Assembly: GCA_035292445.1 (NCBI GenBank)
Contig: DATDQB010000023.1
Location: 25,533 to 89,532 of the forward strand
Direction of reading: 5' to 3'
DNA: 64,000 nucleotides
Origin: Candidatus Omnitrophota bacterium
Lineage (GTDB): Bacteria > Omnitrophota > Gorgyraeia > Zapsychrales > Zapsychraceae
The position numbers and the translations under genes were made by a program. Below are positions 29,274 to 36,613 of this stretch, one piece after another; position 1 is the first letter of the stretch, and each line of letters opens with the position of its first letter. Below the pieces are notes generated by a model. The model did not search any database. It saw only the letters and a list, made by a program, of their open reading frames with translations, and was not told the origin of the DNA.

Positions 29274-29447
29274 TTAACTATTAGCAGGTTTTTCACATTC
29301 GTCAGGGTCTTTCCCCTCTTTAAGGCAGGCGCAATCATCCGGCGATAACCCACAGCCGCGCTGGAGGGCTTTGCGTTTGATGAGGAGCCCAACGGCCATG
29401 GCTGCAAAGCAAATGGCGAGAATGATTAGAGTGGCAAGAAGGTTCAT
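29274..29447 (-). CDS. nqrM: Small single-TM cysteine-motif protein (58 aa), NqrM-like (Na+-NQR maturation factor candidate); absent from the ORF track
   Basis: Manual translation: MNLLATLIILAICFAAMAVGLLIKRKALQRGCGLSPDDCACLKEGKDPDECEKPANS. A TM helix followed by a CG..C.C...C motif, convergent with the end of nqrF. Resembles the NqrM/DUF539 pattern as I recall it. Confidence 0.45.
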   Translation of the reverse strand: MNLLATLIILAICFAAMAVGLLIKRKALQRGCGLSPDDCACLKEGKDPDECEKPANS

Positions 29448-29561
29448 AACCCTAGTATAGGATAACCGCTTTCTGTATTCAAGCGCCTCGATTATCCGTT
29501 TGTGAATGGAATAATTTATGCTAGAATAACACCCGTGTTATTTTAGAGATGAAATGAGCCT

Positions 29562-30800
29562 ATGAAGCAACCTACCAAAAAGCTTAATATCAGCCAGCCC
29601 CAAGAGTTGAAGGTTTTAAGAAAGATCGTTGAGATCACCAACTCCGAGCTTGATTTGAATCTCATCCTTAACGAAGTCGTTCAGGCCGTTAATGATCTAA
29701 CCAAAGCCGATTCCGTTTTTATTTATCTTTTGGACGATAAAAAGAAGAGCCTGGTTTTGACAGCCTCCAAAACCCCGCATAAAAAGGAATTGGGAAGCGT
29801 CGTGTTGAAGGTCGGCGAAGGGATCACCGGATGGGTCGCCCGCGAGAACAAGCCCGTTGCCATCGGCGAAGGGGCTTATCAGGATAAACGCTTTAAGAAT
29901 TTTGATGTCCTGCCCGAAGACCGTTATGAAGCGTTCCTATCGGTCCCTATTACGGACAATAATGAGTCAATCGGCGTTATTAATGTGCAGCATAAAAAGG
30001 CGCATGAATACGCTCAAAATACAACCGACCTACTTTTATTAATTGCCAAGCAGGTCAGCGGCGTTATCGAAAACGCGAGGCTGTATCAGGAAACAAAACA
30101 GAAAGCTTTGCAATTCGACAGCCTTAATAAGGTCAGCCAGTCGATCACCTCCCAGCGGTATCTTGATGAGATCCTTAACCTGATCGTTGTCGTCACCGCT
30201 GAGATGCTTAATTCCAAGATATGTTCCATTATGTTGTTGGATGAAAAAGGAAACGAATTGGTTATCAAGGCGACGCAGAGCTTAAGTGATGAATACCGTA
30301 AAAAACCCAATCTGAAAGTCGATAATAGCGTCAGCGGGAAAGTCATTAAAACAAGAACTCCTATAACCATTTATGATGTTCAGAAGGAACAGGATTACCG
30401 CTTTCGCGATCTGGCCGTTAAAGAGAATTTGACCTCCATGCTGGCGGTTCCCATGGTTGTCAAAGAAAAGGCCATCGGTATTTTAAGCGTTTACACCAAG
30501 ACGCCGCATGTTTTTAACCAGGAAGAGATCGATGTCCTGCAAATGGTCGCCAATCAGGCGGCGGTGGCGGTCGAGAATACAAAACTTGTCGAAGAGACCG
30601 TTAAGGCCAAAGAAGCTTTGGAGACTCGTAAGATCATCGAACGGGCCAAAGGCGTTTTGATGCGCATGAGCGGCTTGAGCGAGGAAGCGGCATACCGGTT
30701 GATCAATAAAAAAAGCATGGATTCGGGAAAAACCATGAAAGATATTGCCGAATCCATTATGCTCATGGATGAGCTTCAAAGAGGTAAAGAGAAGTTGTAA
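29562..30800 (+). CDS. GAF-GAF-ANTAR RNA-binding antitermination regulator
   Basis: Two GAF-like regions and a C-terminal ANTAR domain (IIERAKGVLMRMSGLSEEAAYRLINKKSMDSGKTMKDIAESIM). Candidate ANTAR RNA targets lie immediately downstream. Confidence 0.8.
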   Translation: MKQPTKKLNISQPQELKVLRKIVEITNSELDLNLILNEVVQAVNDLTKADSVFIYLLDDKKKSLVLTASKTPHKKELGSVVLKVGEGITGWVARENKPVAIGEGAYQDKRFKNFDVLPEDRYEAFLSVPITDNNESIGVINVQHKKAHEYAQNTTDLLLLIAKQVSGVIENARLYQETKQKALQFDSLNKVSQSITSQRYLDEILNLIVVVTAEMLNSKICSIMLLDEKGNELVIKATQSLSDEYRKKPNLKVDNSVSGKVIKTRTPITIYDVQKEQDYRFRDLAVKENLTSMLAVPMVVKEKAIGILSVYTKTPHVFNQEEIDVLQMVANQAAVAVENTKLVEETVKAKEALETRKIIERAKGVLMRMSGLSEEAAYRLINKKSMDSGKTMKDIAESIMLMDELQRGKEKL

Positions 30801-30822
30801 AAAATATTTTTAAGAAACACCC

Positions 30823-30854
30823 TTGACAGAAGAAACATCAACGTGTATATTTAT
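30823..30854 (+). promoter_or_regulatory. Putative promoter P1 (TTGACA ... TATATT) preceded by a CCC motif shared with P2
   Basis: TTGACA at 30823-30828. The -10-like TATATT at 30849-30854 gives a long (20-nt) spacer; alternative -10 at 30846-30851. Confidence 0.4.
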
Positions 30855-30868
30855 ATTTAGTTCGAGTT

Positions 30869-30916
30869 GGACGAAGATGTCCTCTTAAGCGCCGAAGCTT
30901 AAGGGGATTTTTTATT
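30869..30916 (+). promoter_or_regulatory. ANTAR-type attenuator 1a: hexaloop hairpin GGAC-GAAGAU-GUCC overlapping the intrinsic terminator CCUCUUAAGC-GCCGAA-GCUUAAGGGG plus U-run
   Basis: Hairpin at 30869-30882. Terminator stem 30881-30906 with hexaloop GCCGAA and a U7 tract to 30916. The 3' end of the first hairpin is the 5' arm of the terminator. Confidence 0.55.
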
Positions 30917-30935
30917 TAGGTTACAGAATTTAGAA

Positions 30936-30990
30936 GACATTGAAGTCCTCTTTTAAAGCGTGGCGGCTTTGAAAGGGGATTTTTTATTTT
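30936..30990 (+). promoter_or_regulatory. ANTAR-type attenuator 1b: hairpin GAC-AUUGAA-GUC (A1/G4 hexaloop) plus terminator CCUCUUUUAAAGC-GUGGCG-GCUUUGAAAGGGG plus U-run
   Basis: Hairpin 30936-30947. 10-bp terminator stem with hexaloop GUGGCG at 30947-30978, U-run 30980-30990. Confidence 0.55.
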
Positions 30991-31014
30991 CAGTTTTAGG
31001 AAAGGAGGGTTAAT

Positions 31015-31149
31015 ATGCGACAAGATGATATGTTTTTTGAATCCTTCTCAAAGCAGATGAAGACGCTGGCCTACTTAATTGTGTTTTCATACGTTGCTTT
31101 GGGGGTCAGTTTGATGTGGACGGATTTGGTCCAGGCATTCCATTTTTAG
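31015..31149 (+). CDS. Small hydrophobic protein (44 aa) downstream of the first attenuator pair; not in the ORF track
   Basis: AGGAGGG SD 6 nt before the ATG at 31015. Translation MRQDDMFFESFSKQMKTLAYLIVFSYVALGVSLMWTDLVQAFHF with one predicted TM segment. Confidence 0.35.
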   Translation: MRQDDMFFESFSKQMKTLAYLIVFSYVALGVSLMWTDLVQAFHF

Positions 31150-31263
31150 TTGTTTTATAGGCCGGTGACGGCTTAAAAGATTCGGTTTGTTGAGCGGCGC
31201 GGCTCATTGGGTCAGGGATGATCAGGTTAAATAAAAGATTAATTATTCAGTTCGAGGTGAGCC

Positions 31264-31353
31264 ATGGAAAAAGAATACTTAGATACGTTTATTCGTTATC
31301 TGATCAGGATGTGTGCGGAAGAGTCTAAAGGGCTTGTTGAAGCGGAAGAATAG
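31264..31353 (+). CDS. Possible 29-aa ORF (MEKEYLDTFIRYLIRMCAEESKGLVEAEE) with a GAGGTGA SD
   Basis: Short ORF with a plausible SD in the otherwise non-coding amtB upstream region. Confidence 0.2.
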   Translation: MEKEYLDTFIRYLIRMCAEESKGLVEAEE

Positions 31354-31384
31354 GCAAAATCTTCCCGCGATTTTAAAAAAGCCC

Positions 31385-31413
31385 TTGACAAACACAAAAG
31401 GCAATTGTATACT
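31385..31413 (+). promoter_or_regulatory. Promoter P2: TTGACA-17-TATACT upstream of the amtB leader
   Basis: Perfect -35 at 31385-31390, 17-nt spacer, TATACT at 31408-31413. Confidence 0.55.
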
Positions 31414-31476
31414 TCATTCGACTTTTGAGCAAAGCAGCTCGCGCTTAGACCAAAGGCGGTTTAAGCAAATAGGCAA

Positions 31477-31524
31477 GGACAAAGATGTCCGACGAGATTC
31501 TTAGGGATCAAGTCGGATTTTTTT
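31477..31524 (+). promoter_or_regulatory. ANTAR-type attenuator 2a: GGAC-AAAGAU-GUCC hairpin (A1/G4) overlapping terminator UCCGAC...GUCGGA plus U7
   Basis: Hairpin 31477-31490. Terminator stem 31488-31517, U-run 31518-31524. Confidence 0.5.
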
Positions 31525-31541
31525 ATGCCCTTTTAAGAAGC

Positions 31542-31595
31542 GGACAATGAGGTCCTCCAACTCTATTTAAAACGAGAGAAGGGGGATTTTTTTTG
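31542..31595 (+). promoter_or_regulatory. ANTAR-type attenuator 2b: GGAC-AAUGAG-GUCC hairpin plus terminator CCUCC..CUCU-loop-GAGAG..GGGGG plus U9
   Basis: Hairpin 31542-31555. Terminator 31554-31585, U-run 31587-31595. About 55 nt upstream of amtB. Confidence 0.55.
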
Positions 31596-31651
31596 GCCAA
31601 AAGGGCTTGTAGGATAAATTCAGGTTAAATAACAAACAGGAGGAAAAGTAA

Positions 31652-32884
31652 ATGGAAATCAATACAGGAAACACAGCTTGGGTTCTGGCTTCATCCGCGC
31701 TGGTTATGCTGATGACGCCGGGGCTGGCCTTGTTCTACGGGGGCATGGTCAGACGTAAAAATGTGTTGGGAGTTTTGATGCAATGTTTTATCATCTTGTG
31801 TCTCATAAGTTTACAGTGGGTTCTTTTTGGATATAGCTTGGCGTTTGGGCCGGGAAATCAGTTTATCGGCGGACTCACATGGTTCGGGCTAAATGGCGTT
31901 GGTCAAGCGCCTAATCCGGATTATGCAGCAGATATCCCCCATCTGGCCTTTATGATCTTCCAAGCCATGTTCGCTATTATTACGCCGGCTTTAATCATTG
32001 GCGCTTTTGCCGAACGCATGAAATTTTCAGCGTTTATCTGGTTCAGCCTTCTGTGGGCGACCTTGGTGTATGATCCGATCTGTCATATGGTTTGGGGCGT
32101 TGGCGGGTGGGTCCGAAACATGGGCGCTTTGGATTTTGCCGGAGGCACGGTCGTTCACATTAATGCCGGTATAGCTGCGTTGGTGTGCGCTATTGTTTTA
32201 GGGAAAAGATATGGTTATGCGAATAAACCAACACCGCTCCACAATATTCCTTTTACGGTTTTGGGCGCGGCCTTACTATGGTTCGGCTGGTTCGGCTTTA
32301 ATGCCGGCAGCGCTTTAGCGGCGAACGGATTGGCAGCCAATGCTTTTGTCACGACCAATACGGCGGCAGCAGCTGCGGGTTTAAGCTGGGCGCTCTTGGA
32401 GTGGTGGAAAACCGGCAAGCCGACGATGTTCGGTACGGTTACAGGCGCGGTTGCAGGGCTGGTCGCCATTACACCGGCGGCGGGGTTTGTGGATACCATT
32501 GCCGCCATCATCATTGGTTTAAGTGTCAGCGCCGTTTGTTTCTTTGCGGTAAGCGCCATTAAACCAAAATTCGGTTATGATGATTCCTTGGACGCTTTTG
32601 GTGTCCACTGCATCGGAGGGATTTGGGGTGCGCTCATGACAGGTGTTTTCGCCTCAAAAGCCGTTAATTCAGCCGGGAATGACGGCTTACTTTACGGCAA
32701 CCCCGGATTGCTGTTGATTCAATTAAAAGCCGTTGTCATTACGGTCGTTTATTCTTTTGTGGTTTCTTTCATTATCCTCAAAGTGGTGGATATGATTTTG
32801 GGCGCCAGAGTAAGCCAGGAAGATGAGGTCATGGGACTTGATCTGACACAACACCACGAAAGAGCGTATACCATTTTAGAATAA
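31652..32884 (+). CDS. amtB: Ammonium transporter
   Basis: Amt/MEP family 11-TM protein with conserved DFAGG and twin-His context. Confidence 0.9.
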   Translation: MEINTGNTAWVLASSALVMLMTPGLALFYGGMVRRKNVLGVLMQCFIILCLISLQWVLFGYSLAFGPGNQFIGGLTWFGLNGVGQAPNPDYAADIPHLAFMIFQAMFAIITPALIIGAFAERMKFSAFIWFSLLWATLVYDPICHMVWGVGGWVRNMGALDFAGGTVVHINAGIAALVCAIVLGKRYGYANKPTPLHNIPFTVLGAALLWFGWFGFNAGSALAANGLAANAFVTTNTAAAAAGLSWALLEWWKTGKPTMFGTVTGAVAGLVAITPAAGFVDTIAAIIIGLSVSAVCFFAVSAIKPKFGYDDSLDAFGVHCIGGIWGALMTGVFASKAVNSAGNDGLLYGNPGLLLIQLKAVVITVVYSFVVSFIILKVVDMILGARVSQEDEVMGLDLTQHHERAYTILE

Positions 32885-32903
32885 ACTTTAATAGGAGAAC
32901 ACA

Positions 32904-33245
32904 ATGAAACTAATTACAGCAATTATTCAACCCCATAGGTTGGACGAGGTTAAAAAGGCCCTTTATGATGCTGATGTGAACTTGATCACCGTCAGTGAGG
33001 TGCTCGGGCACGGACGGCAAAAGGGCGTCGATGAGTATTACCGCGGCTCCAAAGAGAGCGGAAACCTGTTAAGGAAGATCCGCCTTGATATCGCGGTCAA
33101 TGACAATTTTGTCGAACCGACCATTAAAGCGATCATCAAGGGGGCCCGTACGGGCAAGATCGGGGATGGGAAGATTTTCGTTACCGATTTGCCGCGCTGC
33201 ATCAGGATCAGGACCGGGGACGAAGGGTCCCAGGCGATCGGGTAA
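32904..33245 (+). CDS. glnK: Nitrogen regulatory protein P-II (GlnK-type, adjacent to amtB)
   Basis: 112 aa, T-loop GRQKG..YRG, C-terminal TGKIGDGKIFV...IRIRTGDEG. Confidence 0.9.
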   Translation: MKLITAIIQPHRLDEVKKALYDADVNLITVSEVLGHGRQKGVDEYYRGSKESGNLLRKIRLDIAVNDNFVEPTIKAIIKGARTGKIGDGKIFVTDLPRCIRIRTGDEGSQAIG

Positions 33246-33267
33246 GGAAATGCAGTTTAAGTAAGGG

Positions 33268-33312
33268 ATTAAAGGTCAGCCCAGCCCTAATATTTATTTA
33301 GGGTTGGGCTGT
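33268..33312 (+). terminator. Imperfect 14-bp hairpin after glnK (CAGCCCAGCCCUAA / UUAGGGUUGGGCUG) without a clean U-run
   Basis: Read in the sequence; possible weak terminator or RNA-processing site. Confidence 0.3.
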
Positions 33313-33375
33313 ATCTGTCTGAAACTAAACAGTTTTTAGGTCGAGAAAAGTCCGTTGCTGACGGGAAAAATTATC

Positions 33376-33404
33376 TTGACAAAAAATAACCTCAAATGTA
33401 TACT
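33376..33404 (+). promoter_or_regulatory. Promoter P3: TTGACA-17-TATACT upstream of the glutamine synthetase leader
   Basis: TTGACA 33376-33381, 17-nt spacer, TATACT 33399-33404. Confidence 0.55.
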
Positions 33405-33474
33405 CAACCAAGTTTTAGGAATTGGCAATTTCATGGGCACAACCTTATCGATGGAGATAAGCATCAATCCCCAA

Positions 33475-33530
33475 GGGCAATGAGGTCCTTCTTAATAAAG
33501 CAGCGGTTTTGCTAAGAAGGGCTTTTTTAT
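33475..33530 (+). promoter_or_regulatory. ANTAR-type attenuator 3: GGGC-AAUGAG-GUCC hairpin plus terminator CCUUCUUAA-(AGCA-GCGGUU-UGCU)-UUAAGAAGG plus U-run, 18 nt before the GS gene
   Basis: Hairpin 33475-33488 (same AAUGAG hexaloop as 2b). Terminator 33487-33521, U-run 33523-33530. Confidence 0.55.
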
Positions 33531-33548
33531 TTCGTAGGAGAATTCAAG

Positions 33549-35726
33549 ATGATTAAAAAAGGAGATAAAGATATGAGTTCAACGTCAAGATTCAAAGAAG
33601 TCGACTTTTCGAATAAAGGAGAAAGAATGATAGAAGCTACCAAGCCGCAAGCGATCACGGATTATTACGGAGAGAACGTTTTCAGCTTAAAGGTCATGCG
33701 CGAGTATCTCTCGCCCAAAGCCTATAAATCTATCAGCGAAACGATCAAAAACGCCGGTAAATTAGACCCCAGCATTGCCGATGAAGTGGCTGAGGCCATG
33801 TTAAAATGGGCGGTTTCTAAAGGGGCAACGCATTTTACTCATTGGTTCCAGCCCTTGACCGGATTAACTGCCGAAAAGCACGATTCTTTTATCGAGCCGG
33901 ACGGAGAAGGTAGTTGTCTCGTGGAATTTTCAGCCAAAGAATTGATCCAGGGCGAACCGGACGCTTCAAGCTTCCCTTCAGGCGGGTTAAGACCGACATT
34001 TGAGGCCCGTGGGTATACGGGATGGGACCCTACCTCACCAGCGTTCATTAAAGAAGGCCCTAAAAGCGCGACACTTTGTATCCCGACATATTTCGTCGGT
34101 TGGAACGGCGAGGCGTTGGATAAAAAGACGCCTTTATTGCGCTCCATGAAGGCCCTTGCCAAACAAGTCAACCGCTTGGCCACACTTTTAGGCATTGAGA
34201 AAAAGCAACAGCCGTATTCCACTTTAGGCGGCGAACAAGAATATTTTCTTATTGACCGGCCGTATTACCTTCAGCGCATTGATCTTGTCCAAACAGGCCG
34301 AACGCTTTTTGGGAAAGAGCCGGCTAAACATCAACAGATGGCCGATCACTACTTCGGCCCGATCAAAACCCGTATTATGGCCTTTATGGAGGATTTGGAC
34401 CGTGAGATGTGGAAATTCGCAGCCCCAACAACCACACGCCACAATGAGGTCTCTCCTGCGCAATTTGAAGTAGCGCCGGTTTTCGAAAACCAAAACCTGG
34501 CTGTCGACCACAATATGTTATTAATGGAAGTCATGCAAAAGGTGGCCGAAAAAAACGGCTTAGCCTGTTTATTGCATGAGAAACCGTTTGCCGGCGTCAA
34601 CGGTTCCGGTAAACATAACAACTGGTCTATCACCGGCCCTGACGGAAAGAATTGGTTATCTCCCGGTGATAATCCGCATGAAAACGAAAGATTTTTGATC
34701 ATGCTTTGCGCCGTTATTAAGGCTGTCGATACGTATGCCGCCATGTTGCGCGCGGCTGTTGCTTCAGCCGCTAATGACCACCGCCTTGGCTCTCACGAAG
34801 CGCCGCCGGCGATCATCTCCATTTATTTAGGCGAGCAATTGACCGATATTATCGAGCAGATCGAAAAAAGTTCAACGGCCAAAAGTTCCAAGCAAGGCGG
34901 TTCTTTGGAGGTTGGGGTTGATTCTTTGCCGACTTTGCCGCGGCACGCTTCCGACAGAAACAGGACGTCGCCATTTGCTTTTACCGGAAGCAAATTCGAG
35001 TTTCGCGCCGTCGGTTCAAGCATGAGCTTGGCCGGGCCCAACGTTGTCCTTAACACGATCGTGGCCGACTCGTTGGATGAGATTTGCACCCAACTTGAAG
35101 CCGATAAAAAGGCCAAGAAAAGCATTGATAAAGCAGCGCAGAAAATATTGCAAGACATCATCAAAAAACATAAGCGCGTTATCTTCAACGGTGATAATTA
35201 TACGGAAAGCTGGCTCAAGGAAGCCAAAAAGCGCGGGTTACCCAATATGATCACAACGCCTGAAGCCCTTGAAACATTGAAAGACCCGAAGATCATCAAA
35301 CTTTTTGAGAGGCACAATGTTCTTTCCAAAAGAGAACTGGATTCCCGTTACGGCGTTTATACGGAAACCTATAAAACCATTCTCAACTACGAAGCCAAAC
35401 TTATGGTCGATATGGCAAGGACCTTGATCATACCGGCCTGTGTGGGCTACCAGGAAGAATTGGCCGAGACCATCAAATCCGTAGAGGGGATCAACAAAAC
35501 AAAAGCGACAGCCTCGAGGAAAGTCCTTAAAGAGATCAGCGGATTGGTCGAAAAGGCCTTTGCTTCCGCCGATAGTTTGGAGAAGGCCTCCTCTGGCTCA
35601 TCAACGGAAAAAATTAAAGATGAGATGGTTGAGCTTCGAGACACGGTTGATGCTTTAGAAGGTTTAGTTGCCAAAAAAGTTTGGCCGCTGCCTTCCTATG
35701 CTGAAATGCTGTTTGTTTTAAAATAA
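33549..35726 (+). CDS. glnN: Glutamine synthetase type III (GlnN, about 725 aa)
   Basis: Length and GS catalytic motifs characteristic of type III GS. Preceded by its own promoter and ANTAR attenuator. Confidence 0.85.
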   Translation: MIKKGDKDMSSTSRFKEVDFSNKGERMIEATKPQAITDYYGENVFSLKVMREYLSPKAYKSISETIKNAGKLDPSIADEVAEAMLKWAVSKGATHFTHWFQPLTGLTAEKHDSFIEPDGEGSCLVEFSAKELIQGEPDASSFPSGGLRPTFEARGYTGWDPTSPAFIKEGPKSATLCIPTYFVGWNGEALDKKTPLLRSMKALAKQVNRLATLLGIEKKQQPYSTLGGEQEYFLIDRPYYLQRIDLVQTGRTLFGKEPAKHQQMADHYFGPIKTRIMAFMEDLDREMWKFAAPTTTRHNEVSPAQFEVAPVFENQNLAVDHNMLLMEVMQKVAEKNGLACLLHEKPFAGVNGSGKHNNWSITGPDGKNWLSPGDNPHENERFLIMLCAVIKAVDTYAAMLRAAVASAANDHRLGSHEAPPAIISIYLGEQLTDIIEQIEKSSTAKSSKQGGSLEVGVDSLPTLPRHASDRNRTSPFAFTGSKFEFRAVGSSMSLAGPNVVLNTIVADSLDEICTQLEADKKAKKSIDKAAQKILQDIIKKHKRVIFNGDNYTESWLKEAKKRGLPNMITTPEALETLKDPKIIKLFERHNVLSKRELDSRYGVYTETYKTILNYEAKLMVDMARTLIIPACVGYQEELAETIKSVEGINKTKATASRKVLKEISGLVEKAFASADSLEKASSGSSTEKIKDEMVELRDTVDALEGLVAKKVWPLPSYAEMLFVLK

Positions 35727-35746
35727 GAAAAAATGTTTTCAATCAG

Positions 35747-35781
35747 CAGGGACAGGTTGCTAAACCTGTCCCTGTTTTTTT
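35747..35781 (+). terminator. Rho-independent terminator after glnN (CAGGGACAGGUU-GCUA-AACCUGUCCCUG plus U7)
   Basis: Perfect 12-bp stem plus U-run. Confidence 0.65.
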
Positions 35782-35793
35782 GAGGAGTTTTTT

Positions 35794-36558
35794 GTGATCA
35801 TTATCATTAAACATATCGATATCGAAGGCCCGGAAACACTCGGTGAGTATCTTAAGTCCAAAGGCTATCCTTTGAAGATAGTTGATCTTCATTTGGGCGA
35901 TAAGCTTCCTGAAGATTTATCCGACGTGGAGGCGGTTGTATGCCTTGGCGGGCCCATGAATGTGTATGAAGAAGATAAGTATCCTTTTTTGAAGGAAGAA
36001 AACGCGTTTATCAAAAAAATTATTAAGAATGAGATCCCTTATTTGGGGATCTGTTTAGGCTCGCAATTATTGGCCAAGGCCTGCGGGGCGCGGGTAACAA
36101 AGTCACCCGTTAAAGAGGTCGGCTGGTTTAATGTCGATCTGACCGGGGAGGGCAAGAAAGACCCGCTTTATCAAGGGATGGAGAAGAGCATTGATGTTTT
36201 TCAATGGCATGAAGACGCCTTCGCCATTCCCAAAAACGGCAAATGGCTGGCATGCGCCGAGGGGTGCGTGCATCAGTCTTTCCGTGCCGGAACATGCGCC
36301 TACGGGATCCAATTCCATATTGAGATCACCGATAAAAGTATCGGGGATTGGTCGGACGCCTATTTTAAGAACGATGCGAAAGCGTTAAAAACGAAGAAAG
36401 AGGCCATGTTGAAAACGTATGCCCAAAAGAAAAAAGCCTTTCATTCTACGGCCGAGCGCGTATATAGCAATTTTTTAAAAATCGTTTCTACCCGCAACCG
36501 ACAGCGTTCCATCAATGGAAAAAAGAAGATCATGGAAACGACAGTAACGTTGCTTTAA
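35794..36558 (+). CDS. Class I glutamine amidotransferase (GATase1) domain protein
   Basis: GICLGSQLL nucleophile-elbow motif with the catalytic Cys, and HxE near the C-terminus. GTG start after a GAGGAG SD. Confidence 0.7.
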   Translation: MIIIIKHIDIEGPETLGEYLKSKGYPLKIVDLHLGDKLPEDLSDVEAVVCLGGPMNVYEEDKYPFLKEENAFIKKIIKNEIPYLGICLGSQLLAKACGARVTKSPVKEVGWFNVDLTGEGKKDPLYQGMEKSIDVFQWHEDAFAIPKNGKWLACAEGCVHQSFRAGTCAYGIQFHIEITDKSIGDWSDAYFKNDAKALKTKKEAMLKTYAQKKKAFHSTAERVYSNFLKIVSTRNRQRSINGKKKIMETTVTLL

Positions 36559-36613
36559 GAAGTAAATGATATAAAAATTTTTCCCATATAATGCACAAAA
36601 AATAGGCAATGGT

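Noticed and set aside
31313-31504. 63-aa + strand ORF from the track
   Set aside because: Overlaps promoter P2 and the first hairpin of attenuator 2a. It is Lys/Arg-rich with no SD and is more likely non-coding leader.
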